Part shown: positions 13,440 to 26,560 of the stretch, piece by piece
Position numbering within the stretch: position 1 is the stretch's first letter
Layout: each line of letters begins with the position of its first letter
Assembly (NCBI GenBank): GCA_964106915.2
Contig: OZ066919.1
Strand: one strand, 5' to 3'
Source: Podarcis gaigeae
Taxonomy: Eukaryota
DNA length: 64,000 nt
Notes under the pieces: model-generated
What the model saw: the letters and a program-made list of their open reading frames with translations, nothing else
Told to the model about the DNA's origin: nothing
The model's database searches: none
Made by a program: the position numbers and the translations under genes

Positions 13440-14006
13440 TAACTTGTGCAGGGAGACTGCATGCCTAGAAAAGACTCCCTCCAATGCACGGAGGGTGGTA
13501 GGGCCAGGCAATGGGGAGGCAATGCACGGACCAGGGAGATGTCCCCATTTTACCCTCATCACATGAGGGGGCTAGAATATAAACAAGATTTTGTCTTGTT
13601 CATTTGTACACTATGCACTTTACATATGTGACTTGAAAGGGCTAAAGCACTTCAAAAGGGTGCTTTTAGGCAACCTGACAGTAATGATTTGCCACATTTT
13701 ATCTCAACCTTTTAGCAGCTTGCAGATTCTTTTTGATTCATATGCTGAGTACTATGGGCTCCATCTTCCATGGAAGTACAAATCAGTGCAAAGATTGCCA
13801 TAAACAAGTATTAAAAACACAAATACACAAGAAACGCCATGTTTAGATGTTTTTTGAAAAACTTCAAGATTTCGGATGTGCCAGGAATAATGTGACGACA
13901 TGACATTGAATGTGAAGCTAAACAGGTTTTCTAATTAATCAGCCATTTAAATCAGGCCTTTTACAAAGAATTTTACCTTCTATATGTCAGCTGGATGGGT
14001 CCAGTA

Positions 14007-14035
14007 TAACAACAACAACAACAACAACAACAACA
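14007..14035. repeat. (AAC)n microsatellite
   Basis: Direct reading. Confidence 0.95.
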
Positions 14036-15861
14036 ATATAGCAGGTGTTTCCTTTTTTAAAAAAATGAAGAAAACATACTGGACATTAAAATGAGTAATC
14101 TGTATTTAAGTGAGGGTTCTCAACCTCATTCTATTCTGGGTAGCACTTGGGGGGAAACAAAACTAGTGCCAGTTATTGATATAAAAAATTCAGGCTTGCA
14201 ATACATAGAAAAACAATAAGGAGGAAGATTCAATTTTGCAAGGAGGCTGTAATAGGAGTGCTTCCTTGTGGGATAAAAGAGAGCATGTGAGAGGTTGAAT
14301 GAGCATCAATCCACTTTCTTTTTTGGGGGGGGGGTGTCCTTGGAAGTTTGTCTATAATTTACTCTCCCAAGGGAAATTTCACTCAAGTGCAGCAATTTTT
14401 CATTTCATTTGGCTGATGGACTAAGAGACTCTTAGGGAAAAGGAGACCTTTTAGACATTATCTATATACCACAGCATGTATTATTTTACTGACAGAGGAT
14501 AATATTTTTATAGTAGTACCAACAGCATATGTGTGCGTATGCACACAGACACAAACACACCTTTTGTCTTACTAATGCAGTGTAATCAATAGTCAATAAA
14601 TTTATTGCAGAAGCAGTCTTGTAGCTGCATGAAGTGAAACAAAGTAAAATCTAAAATAATAAAACATGACAACAGACACATTCATGTCACTCTCTAAATA
14701 ATGTTTCTTGCAAGAAACAAAGGGAGACGCTTGCCAGAAAATCTGCCTTTCTTTCTCACAATCTAGAATAGTGCTGTGTTGAAAATCTTTTTTGCCTTTT
14801 TGACCATTCTCCATTATTTAATATGAAAAATACTGCATTCAAAATGCACTGCATCCCTTTGGTGAAGGGGAAAGAAACACCTATAATAAAAGTGAAAATG
14901 TCAAGGAAAACAATAACTGAATACTTTTAAAATAATAACTGCACCAACATTTATTTGGTGTATTAGGTTTTTTGTTTATTTTGTTAAATTTTATCTTTCC
15001 TCCTAAAGGAGTCCATGGCATTTTCATGTCATACCACTTTTTGATCCATAACAAAGGTAATAAAATATATAACACCTAATTCACTGAGGCAACACGGCAG
15101 TGGTCCCAAGCAGATACAGTGACCGTAATTCCTTGATTCTTGCATTCCTGTCTTTCTGCTGGAATACAAACCAGATCTAGAATCCAGCACTAAGTTATTA
15201 CAAATTCAAAACATAGAAAAAAATTCATGGCATTATGCAAACTACAAATAATATCAGATTTTTAATTATCATCTGTGTTTTCTTTATGTGTACCCCCTTA
15301 GCTCTCCTTCCTAATAAGTGAAACATCTTTATTTGCCAGATTTTAATAAAATACTGGTTTCATTAGAGATCATGGAAATACCATTGCAAACTCCCATCAA
15401 TGTCACTGACTAATATTTCATGCTTCTTTTAAAGATCTTTGAGATGTCAATAGATTTGTTAGGCATTTCAGTCAAATTCCCCCAAAATTCCACAAAAAGA
15501 ATCACAAAATTCAAGTTAATCAGCATTCACCTAGGAGCATTGAATAACTCTACATTTCAATGCTTTAATTAATGGTTGTATAAAACCTTTTATTTTAGAA
15601 GACCAGAAGAAAGGTAATGCAAGAACCTGGGGATGGGGAGATGATCCTACTAGCCCTCTAATGTAAGCCATTCATGGAGTAGGGTGAAGGGCTTGAAATC
15701 AAAGGGGAACATTGGCCAATGCTTCAGGGTCTGGAGGTCAACTACCCCATTTCTTCTCACAGACATTTGTCCCTGTCCCATGTCTGCTTTTTCTTCATTG
15801 CACTCCCAACTTAAATTTGGTGATCTTATCCAACATGCAAACTTAAGCACATCAAGTTCAT

Positions 15862-15982
15862 TTTTAATCAGAGGTTGGATGGCCATTTGTCCTGTATGCT
15901 CTAGTAGAGATTCCTGCATTGCAGGGGGTTGGACAAGATGACCCTCAGTGTCCCTCCCAACTTTACAATTCTGTGAATCTAT
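15862..15982 (+). mobile_element. CR1 LINE 3' tail
   Basis: cagaggttggatggccat...gattcctgcattgcagggggttggacaagatgaccc...cccaactttacaattctgtgaatctat; CR1 terminal ATTCTRTG-like motif. Confidence 0.8.
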
Positions 15983-17255
15983 CATTTATTCTAAGCAAAG
16001 AATGCAGAATAACTTGGTACAGAATCCAGCCAGACCTGAGTGCTCTCTAATAGTTGTACGTTTTCTTCCAAGAAGCATGAATTGTGTGAGTTCAATGTAC
16101 AGCATACATTTAGCATCTGTTTACCTCAATAAAAAAGTGGCAGAACTTCTCATGAAGACATTGACTTTACAGTGCCAACTGTACATTTGTCAATTGTGGT
16201 TAATAGCAGCTGAAGAATTAATGAAGGTTGTGAGAAACTGGATCTTGTACGAGAAACAGGACCTCATTTTAATAGCTGTTTTGGCTATGACAGCATGGAG
16301 TAATGAAAAGTGACAGTAACATTTTACAACTTCCATTACAGAACTACTGAATACATATTACCTGTTTCCAAGGATAACTATAATGATCTAAAAATAAAGA
16401 GAAGGTTTCAAGAGAAAAATGGAAGGTAAAAATGAAATATTTTACCTAGTTAGATCAACAGTTTCTTCACATCTTAGTGGAGAATCAAAACAGCAAGAGA
16501 AGGGCTTAAAATTAGCTGGGAGGATGCTGGCTTCAGCAACTGTACAATAAACATTTTGGGCAGGTGGTCTGACTGGGTGTTCATGGCAATGATTTAGTTG
16601 GATGGATTCTGGATGCTGCTGCTGAACTTCAGGGCCCTTGCAAGTATGGTAGATCACAAAGTGTTTCTATAAATAAAGGATCCCTGCTAGAAATGTGAAG
16701 CTTCGGGAATTGCCATTATTCAGCTATTGATTAAAACATCTATGCAAAAAATAGGCTAAGATAGGGAACATTTTCTAGAGGCAGAGTTTAGCTCTTATAC
16801 AGTTGAATGGATTCCATAATCAATAATGACTATTTCACACATAATCTAGGCAAATTTATTGTATACACGCATTTTAAGAGACTGGAGGAAAGACGCATCA
16901 GAGATTTCATGACAGAATTTAAGGGACTGTAAGATGCAGACGCTGCATTCAAGAGCTTTTACAATGTCGAGACTGATGGTGGTCCGAGCAATCTGTGGTA
17001 CCTCAAACTTCACCAAGAAGTCGCATGCTTAGATTGAGGAGCACATGCCAGAAACAGTGTTTTATAGAGCCAAACGGGAGCCTATTGGCTTCTCAAACAG
17101 CTGCCTGACCAGGAGAGAAAAGTATCTTCTGCCCTCTGACCATCTGCAGAAGTGACACTGCAAAGAATGGAGGCCAGCAGTTCCCTCTGTCTGCCAGCTG
17201 ACCAAGTGATTACAGGGAGCAAAATCCCCTGACCCTTAAGATGTCACACACATTA

Positions 17256-18110
17256 TGATGTTGCTGTTGTTGTTTAGTCGTGTCCGACTCTTCGTGACCC
17301 CATGGACCAGAGCACGCCAGGCACTCCTGTCTTCCACTGCCTCCTGCAGTTTGGTCATACTCATGCTGGTAGCTTCAAGAACACTATCCAACCATCTCGT
17401 CCTCTGTCATCCCCTTCTCCTTGTGCCCTCAATCTTTCCTAAAATCAGGGTCTTTTCCAGGGAGTCTTCTCTTCTTATGAGGTGGCCAAAGTATTGGAGC
17501 CTCAGCTTCATGATCTGTCCTTCCAGTGAGCACTCAGGGCTGATTTCCTTAAGAATGGAGAGATTTGATCTTCTTGCAGTCCATGGGACTCTCAAGAGTC
17601 TCCTGCAGCACCATAATTCAAAAGCATCAATTCTTCGGCAATCAGCCTTCTTTATGGTCCAGCTCTCACTTCCATACATCACTACTGGGAAAACCATGGC
17701 TTTAACTATACGGACCTTTGTTGGCAAGGTGATGTCTCTACTTCTCAAGATGCTGTCTAGGCTTGTCATTGCCCTTCTCCCAAGAAGCAGGCGTCTTTTA
17801 ATTTCGTGGCTGCTGTCACCATCTGCAGTGATCATTGAGCCCAAGAAAGTAAAATCTCTCACTGCCTCCATTTCCTCCCCTTCTATTTGCCAGGAGGTGA
17901 TGGGACCAGTGGCCATGATCTTCGTTTTTTTGATGTTGAGCTTCAGACCATATTTTGCGCTCTCCTCTTTCACCCTCATTAAATGGTTCTTTAATTTCTC
18001 CTCACTTTCTGCCATCAAGGTTGTGTCATCTGCATATCTGAGGTTGTTGATATTTCTTCCGGCAATCTTAATTCCGGTTTGGGATTCATCCAACCCAGCC
18101 TTTCGCATGA
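17256..18110 (-). mobile_element. BovB (RTE clade) LINE, 5'-truncated, RT C-terminus still open
   Basis: ORF 17407-18138 contains GIKIAGRNINNLRYADDTTLMAES ... VVMYGSESWTIKKA ... LILGKIEGTRRRG, typical of BovB RT. (CAA)n-type tail appears as gttgctgttgttg at the + left end. Confidence 0.95.
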
Positions 18111-20524
18111 GGTGAAATGTTTTTACCAAAAAAACCACCCTGTTATTTTTTTAATTAAAAAAATCAAAAGAAATCCAACGATCATAATACCACCCATGCC
18201 TTAAAAGTTGCTTTTGGGGAGAATAGCTAATATATTTGTTTCAAACTTCTCAGCATACCCATGCTATCTGTAGCACAGTCAATCCTTGTTTTGCACAGGG
18301 GTTCTGTTCCAGAACCCTGTGCTTGCCAGTGGAGCATCTGTAAGCCCATTCCACCCCTTTTCATGACATACTAATGACTTTTTAGGGCTACTACCAGGTT
18401 CGGCACCATGCATGTGTGTGTGATCACACATCATTTGGCCATGCCTAAATTGGTCATTGTCTATATGCCTCCGGTTCTATATTTAAAAAAATGTACCCAT
18501 CCACCTCACTGCAGAAGTCTGGACACAAGTAAAAAAAACTATTAAGGGAGGACAAGCTGCAGGCAGGGATGGGTGCTGGCAGTTAGCTTGGCAACAACCA
18601 GAAAAGCACTTGATTTTCTGGGTGGGCCACCAAGATGGTACAGGAAGGCCTGGAGGGCACCTTGCCCAAGGCGCTCTCAAACTGAGTGCACAGTAAGAAC
18701 TACTGTGGATTCTTTATATGTGTTACTTAAAGTGGGAGAGGCATACACATCACTTCCAAGTAAGATCCCGCTGATAGCCTCACTGTGTGTAATCAAGTTT
18801 ATACCTAAGAAAGCATGCACAGGATTGTGGCCAGGATTCACATAACATTTTTCATTGATATTTTTATCTGGTCTGCATCCAATTTCTATTACACAATCGT
18901 AAATCAAGCTGAACTTGTCTTTGAAACCTGTATTCAGCAGGAAAATTGATGCAGCAAAAAAGACAAGGGGTTAAAGTGTCTTATTGTGTATAATATTAGT
19001 CTGTATAAATGTTTCCCTGTGATATCACAAAACACTGGTACAGGGTCCCCCCCCCCCCCCTTGCTAATTAGATAAGAATCTTTCTAGCTTGTTCTCTCCA
19101 AGGACACAGTTCTGGGCTGAAAGTTTCATTTTTAACTTGAGGGAGATGTTTCTGTTGGAATTCTGCCTGGGTCAGAGGAATGTGCCACAGCGTAGGCACC
19201 GGCAGATATTCCTTGGCGACCTCCCCGCTGCTACTCCCGGCAGATAAGCAGGCGAGGTCTCGGCGATTCTTTCCAGAAGTGTGAGAAGAACACACCGTTC
19301 CTTCTCTCTCCCCTTTGGTGTCCCCAGGGAGGGGAAAGAAGCAGACAGAAAACTATTTACATCCTTTATTTCTGTCTCTTACATCAGTACAGAGAAACAT
19401 GTCTGCACTCAACAGCAGTAAGAATAAACTCCACCCATGTACTTCCAGTACGGGTCATATGACACACACTGAGCTAACATCCGGTGCTCAGTACAGAATG
19501 GACTGCCCCTTTCTTCCCATGGCAACAGTCACAAACATCCTGTCTGGCTTTCCAGCCACAAGCAGCTGACTGAGCTGCTACAGCCTTTGCTTGCTGCTGC
19601 ATTGGTGCTTTATGATAACAGTTTCTCACCTTTTTCCCTCATCGGGAGGGCAGGTGATTTAACTAGCTAAATAATCCTAAAGGCATTTTAAAGTAACAAG
19701 ATAGAAAATTACTTAGAAATTCAGTCCCTGAAATTCCACTGAGATTCTTGCTTTCTGTGAATGTTAAAGTGCTGGGAATCTAACTTCCCAATTTCTTCAG
19801 ATTGAAACCAGTGCAGCATGTATGATTCTGAGCTGATGTCGCATACATGTTAGATGGATCTTTCCACATTAGTTTTGGATTTACTTCAGCTCCTCAGTAG
19901 AAGATATAAGTAATTTTTCAGGAGGCATAATCTTGCAACGTGATTTTCACACACAAAATCACCCTCTGAGAGCTAGTCTTCCTGCCTCTACACCCACCTT
20001 ATCACCAATTCAGGTTAATCCTCAAATACAGGACAGCAACAGTACCTGAATACAGAGAAAAATATATTTAGCCTGCAGTGTTATATAACCTGTCAGTTAA
20101 CAAATTCATGACACAAAGTAAAGCCATGTAACCCAATTGAAACAGTTTGTATGGGAGGCTGATTTCCCTTGGGAACAGCAACATCAAGTAAGAAACTGAA
20201 CCCGTTAAGTATAACCTTTTCAAAGGGCAGAAAAATTCAAAGGTAATCAAGGATTTTCCCCTAGAAGGGCATTTATAATTATATTCCACTTTTATTTATA
20301 AAAAGCCTTTTAATGTTGGTACTACAAAAGGACTCCACACAAAGAAGTCTTGCTTTATATAACTAGATTCCATCCCCAAGCCCTTTTATATGCAAACGGC
20401 TCTTGACACAAGCTAAGCACTGACAGAAGAGAATTCCCTTTCAGAACTGGGAGATACATTTCCAAAGTAGCGCATGAGAGTTTAGTCATATTTCTCTCAC
20501 TAATATCATGGAAGAGATCACATA

Positions 20525-20528
20525 CACA

Positions 20529-20578
<50 letters not shown>
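20525..20578. repeat. Compound (CA)n(GA)n microsatellite
   Basis: Direct reading. Confidence 0.95.
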
Positions 20579-20580
<2 letters not shown>

Positions 20581-21039
20581 CTTATATGTACACATTCAAA
20601 CTAAGTCATTTTCATTTTCGTTCCAGAGTGGTGATTGTTGATTTATAAATGACATCAGACTGAGCTATTATTATATGCTGGTAATAGGCAGATTCCAGTG
20701 GGCTCCTAATTTAACAGAGACCCACGCTACTGCACAGGAAGTCACATTTGAGGGATGAGTTCCATTTTCCTCTGTGGTATATATATGGCCAGCAGAGTCT
20801 GAGAGCCTGAGGACAACCTTGGAGCAGAAGGAACAATTTCTTAGCAGCCACTAAAATGCTTTTCTTTTTTTCCCCCTTTAGAGTGATTAGTCTGCATTTT
20901 TAACTCAAGTCAGATTCCACCCTTCCCAACCCATTTCCTGCAGATTGAGAGGAGATGCTTTGTCTATATGTAGACACATGATAAGGAAATTGAGGGGGTT
21001 AATTTTTCGAATTCTGGTACAAACTGACCGATTTTATGA

Positions 21040-21690
21040 TCCATGGACTCATGTGTGGCAGCTGTGAAAAAGGTGAATTTCATGGTAGGAATTTCATGCT
21101 AGGAATGTTTTGTTTTGTTTTCTAAACCCTACTAATATTATAATGCTTAGCTACAGATTTTATTTTATTTTTATACCACCCTTCATCCAAAGATCACAGG
21201 GCAGTTCACAACATAAAAATACAAAATGAGACGACAAAATACACAACCAAACAAACAAGCCACTGCCACCCCATAAAAGGTCATATAGCTTATTTAATCA
21301 GACGAAGATCTGGCTAGAAACATTATTTGTTTTATGAAAATAAAATGCATGCATTGCAGAGGTGTATAAAATTACACGGTGTGGAAAAATGGAAAAGAGC
21401 AACATTTTTGCCCCCTTTCATAACAAGAGAAGCTGAATGGTGGGGGTTTCAGGACAAAGAAAAGAAGCACATAGTTAAAACTATGAAACTTACCGCCACA
21501 ATATGTAGCAATGGCCACCAACTTAGATGGCTTTAAAAGGGTATTAGACTAAATCATAGTGGAAAAAAACTGTTAGTAGGCACTTGTCATGGTACATATA
21601 CGCCACCTCAAGGCAGCCTGCCTCTGAATACCAGTCAATGGGGATCAACAGTGGCAGAAGGCTACTGCCCTCATTTCCTGTTTGTGGGCT
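21040..21690 (+). mobile_element. Old fragmented CR1 LINE, interrupted by an L2-like 3' tail (~21158-21320, minus strand)
   Basis: tgtgtggcagctgtgaaaaagg, gaggtgtataaaattacacggtgtggaaaa and ggccaccaacttagatggctttaaaagggtattagac resemble the CR1 RT end and 3'UTR, and the copy at 41.0-41.6 kb. Confidence 0.6.
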
Positions 21691-22832
21691 TCTTTGTAGG
21701 GAAAAGGATGTGGAACCAGAATACGTTGGAGAGGATAACAGAAGCAATGCAGGGGAATTTCCCACTGCCCACCCGTGGTGGTTGACCAATTGAGACAGTC
21801 TGGTCAAAAGGCTATAGGTTTTAATCATAGATCTTTGCTTTCTGACAGAATGCTTTTATAAAATAGATCCATTTTAGGTGACTAGAATGAAATACAAACT
21901 AGTTTTTGAAGAGCTTTTAAGATGCTTTTGAGAAGGTTCAGATAAAAGACCCAGTTAACGTAACTCCACACATTAATTATTTAGTCCTTATCCAGTCAAT
22001 CATTCCAGGATCTTGAAATTGCAAAAGGGGAAAAGAGGACATTGAATGTGTTTCACTGTGGGATATTATATTGAATGAAGACCTACACAAGTTTGTTGAT
22101 ACAAATGGATGTCTTCTAATTGCTGCATCTGTGTAACTCATATTGAGGGAATTCTTTCTGCACTTTCATGAATGTGAGAATAAATTCCTTCAAGTGTCAA
22201 TTCAATGGGAATGAGTCAGTGTGGTGTAGTGTGCTTAATCCTTGGACAAGTTATGAAGTTGCAGCCTAACTGGGCAGTGGCAAGGCAAAAATGTAGTAAT
22301 TTGTCTACCTATTTGAGATTAACATGGACCCATTCAAGACAGGGGTTGGTCTGAAATTGAGAATTGGGGGGGGAGATGCCTCCCCCTTTCAATTAGTGAG
22401 AGCCTCAGCAGTAAACAGAAGGGTACCTTTGGATCCAACCTATCCATGGCTATAATCCTAAACACACTATTTAGTAAGTCCTGTGAAGCTTACTTCTGAC
22501 TAAACATGCATAGAAGTCCTATAAGTCATGATCAGACACATGTTGAAGCACTTGTCATACATGCCAAAACTCAAATCCATGCTGATTGCACAGTGAGAAA
22601 TATTGTTCTTGAATCAGACCGAAAGGTTTGTCTCCTTCGTCTGGCAGCAACCTTTGAAATCTGGCGTGTTTCTGTGTGACCTAATTGCATCACTGTCTGT
22701 TTCTCTCTGCCCACAATGGAATTTTTGAGTTCACCCACATATCATTATCTACTATAAATATTAATTTAAAATAAACTTTCAACTTCTCTACTTTTCTGGC
22801 ATTGCATTTTTTAAAAAAGCTAGTAGAATCAA

Positions 22833-22890
22833 CAATTTTCTATAATGTCAATCTTCTATAATGTCAATTTTCTATAATGTCAATCCTATA
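22833..22890. repeat. 16-bp tandem repeat CAAT(T/C)TTCTATAATGT, 3 copies plus a partial
   Basis: Direct reading. Confidence 0.9.
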
Positions 22891-23020
22891 TAGCTTATAA
22901 ACAATCAGCACACTGAAAGATTTGTAGCTACTCTTCTCCCACTACTGCTCAGGTATTCTGTCTCAACTAAGCTCCTGTGATCAGGTTGAAGCAGTCACCC
23001 TTACTGGATGAGCAGACATA

Positions 23021-23378
23021 AAGGTAATGGTACCCCTGACTGTTAGGTTCAGTCATGGACAACTCTGGGGTTGAGGCACTCATCTCACTCTATAGGCAGA
23101 GGGAGCCAGTGTTTGTCCACAGACAGCTTCCGGGTCATGTGGCCAGCATGACTAATCTGCTTCTGGCGAACCAGAGCAGTGCATGGAAACGCTGTTTTTC
23201 TTCCCGCCGGAGCTGTACCTTTTATCTACTTGCACTTTGATGTGCTTTCGAACTGCTAGGTGGGCAGGAGCTGGGACCGAACAATGGGAGCTCACCCCAT
23301 CGCGGGGTTTCGAACCGCCGACCTTCTGATTGGCAAGCCCTAGGCTCTATGGTTTAGACCACAGCGCCACCCGTGTCC
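23021..23378 (-). mobile_element. Sauria SINE, near full length
   Basis: aaggtaatggtacccctg tail, cagacagcttccgggtcatgtggccagcatgact body and tRNA-like head with B-box (ggtttcgaaccgcc ... ggtttagaccacagcgccacccg). Confidence 0.92.
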
Positions 23379-26300
23379 TGGTGGTCAGGTTGAAGCAGTC
23401 ATCCTTACTGGATGAGCATACATAGGAAGGCTATAACAGATCACAGAAAGCAAGACAAGGCACAGGAGCCTGGACAGGTCAGTGTGGCAGACAATTGCTG
23501 GAACTCACCCAAGGACAGCTAGACCTGCTATTAACTCAGGAGCTGTGTGTTTCTTAAAGGACTATCACACAATATCACACCATGCAATGGGTAGAAGAAT
23601 TTAACTCTTGTCCCCAGCTGTGGTTCTGATAAAATCCTCTAGCAGAGCTACTATTTGCATTAAGAGTGATACCCCCATTAGTGCTAATGGGCCTGATTTT
23701 CATTGGGGCCATAGCAGGTAAGGAAATGGTTAATCCTCTCTCCCATCTCCATGGTTCCAATACTGCTAGCCCCAATCCCCCACAGTTGCTATTTACATTC
23801 AACACAAGCCTGAAACTTGTTTAGCTCTGAGGTTATGAATGTTTATCAGATACTTTCTGGGCACCAAATAGAAGATTCTATCATTTTTAAAATTATAAAA
23901 AATAATAGTTTGTATACTGTAAAACTATACAGCTTGTACTGTTATAAACAAAGCTGATTAATATTTAAATGTCATCCTCAGCTATGTGGAACTGTAGCTG
24001 AAACAGATTTCCTTTTAAAACTGCACGATGTATATTAAGGCAGTAGTATAATCTACTTACATACAGGAAATCGAGGTCAAGTAGAAATTTATAAGCTATA
24101 AAACAACCTTTAGAATATTATAAAGCAAATAACATTTTATTAAGCACTTTGTAAAATGTGAACCTGAGAAATGTATAAGAAATAAAAAACATACTTTCTT
24201 AAAGTAAGAAAAAATGCTCTAATAAAATTCCATTTGTACTATCTTTCTCTTGTAAAATGTAACTCGCGCCTTGCTTTGGGGGGCTATTTTATCTCAATCA
24301 TCAGCTAACAAAAGCCTGAGAATCATGTTTTTCTTACAAATAAAAAAGATTTCTAGTTTTCAGGATGAGAGTGACTGCTGCAAGGGTAACATTGGTATAA
24401 TGGAAACATGGAGTCAGTGATTTGTTTTAAATATTTAGGGTTGGCAAGACTGCTGCTTAAAATGGTAGCATAATCATTAAAGCACATGTGGAAGGCAGTG
24501 GAGTTCCATTCAATTTAACAGATCATATGCTGTTCTGATATTTCAAGGCTGCACCTAACCTGAAACCAGACTGTGCTACACTCAGAGATAATCCTCTCAC
24601 TTCTAAACCACCAGGTCTTTAGCTCTTATTAACTTGCCTTCTACACAGAAATTATTCAGGTCACATAGAACTTTTAACACCAAATGTAACCAGGTAGTCT
24701 TTCAGTCACTACCCAAAAGAATCATCTCCCTAATAGTTTGCAGAGTGAAAGATTGAATTAAGATCACAGATATCACTGGAGGTGGCCTTCTTTACTAATA
24801 AAAATAGTACCAAGCTGAACAAACAAACATCTCCTTCATGTTTTTGGTAACATCTACCCTGCAATCCTTTAGAAGAAAGCACGAATGGCATACAAATATA
24901 TGCACTGGGACATGGATTACTGCTCACTGGTGGGCAAACTTTTCCTGACTCACTTCAGTGGATTAGCTTTTTCTGAAGAACTGAAACCCCACACAAAGGC
25001 TTGCAAAAGCATGTGGATGCGCCTTGTACTAACCCTCCACGATCATCCCACCCCATGAACACTGAGACCCTACAAATTCCCCTTTCATTTTTATGAACTC
25101 ACTTGGCAAAGGGAGAGTGGCAAGAACACCAGCAACTTTCTCTTCTCTTTTTATCTCATTCTGCTAGGATACTTAACAGAAAGATGCAAGAACAGCTTCC
25201 TAGACTGAGAAACATAGTTCTCTATGGCTCCTGAATCCAGTTGTGCTTTGGTAGATGGAGAAAGATTGACCGGGGGGGGGGAGAGTTTGCTGTTGCCACC
25301 GCCCTTGCTAGGGAGTGTTTTCCAAGTAAGTTTGGGGAAAGGAAACCAGAAAGGGATAGCTGACTTGCAGGCAGTGATGGTTGGGGAATGTGAACCATGA
25401 AAAAAATCAAGCCCAAACCAAAATTCTGGAGGGCCTGAACTTACTCATAGTGGAGTAAGACTTTTCATACTTCAAGTTCCCACGTCAAACCTTCTCCACC
25501 CGCATCATTAGTCCAAATTCTATAATCCATTCCCAAATGCACCTCACAAATAGAGGACATCTGGCAAATCAAAGGTGAACTTGTTTGCTCAGTCCTAGCA
25601 TGTCAGGAGTCCTGTACTGATAGTTTATATAATGGTTCCTAGTTCCAGAATATCACAATCCCACAGACAATAACAGTTCAATATTTCCAAGGAGGAAAAA
25701 TAGATCAAAGTAATCTGAATTAGCAAAATTTTGCAATGCCCATTACATCTGAAATTTTGATTTAACCTTTCTTTCCGATCTGATAGTCAACAAATTATTT
25801 CTCAATATTCAAGAGAAAAACATGGATATCAAATTCCTGAAAGGTGCAGTTTAGATGGTTTCAAGGCATTCTAGGACACTGCATCTGTTGCTCATTGTTT
25901 TCTTTATCAACCGTGCATCTTTTGTCTGTCCTTGAGTACAGTCAAGCAATAGTAAGCGAAAGAAAGATGTAGTTAACTATCTTATACTAATGTAGAAACA
26001 GCATCACAGCCGGTTCTTTTAATAGGCTTATACAAAATAGGCTTGTATAGATTGACAGTAAACAGCATAACACACAGTCCATTGATCATTATTCCCTCCA
26101 GCAGGTTTTCCTGCCATAAAATGGGTTATAACAATCTGCAGTTGATTCTGCTTTCTCATCCCAGCAGAGCCATTAAGTTCAAACTTCCCTGAAACTTCAC
26201 CCAGTTCCATGCTTTTTTCCAATGAGTTCAGAACAGGGAAAGTACAAATTTGAGGGAAGGGGCAGGGATGACCTGCAAACTTTACTGATAATTTTATTTT

Positions 26301-26560
26301 ATTTTATTAAATAAAACAATAACCTGTGTTTCTAAACGAACCATAAATTGTGACTGAATGACTTTTTGTTTTTTTATACTATAGCCAATCAAACACAGAA
26401 CAATCCCTAGAGGAGTGATTTTCATATATAAAATAACCCAAGGTTTTGCGAATGACAGACTGTGGCCATATTATTTCTTTATAGCCACTTTGATGATGTT
26501 TACAGAGCACCAGGAGTTAGTGGTAACAAACCTGGAAGTGCTTTGGGGGTATTAGCAATA

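Noticed and set aside
17255-18115. 286-aa plus-strand ORF, the longest in the window
   Set aside because: It coincides with the BovB insert and is the antisense shadow of its RT frame; there is no independent gene evidence.
22833-22890. CRISPR-like short repeats
   Set aside because: Head-to-tail minisatellite with no spacers, in eukaryotic DNA.
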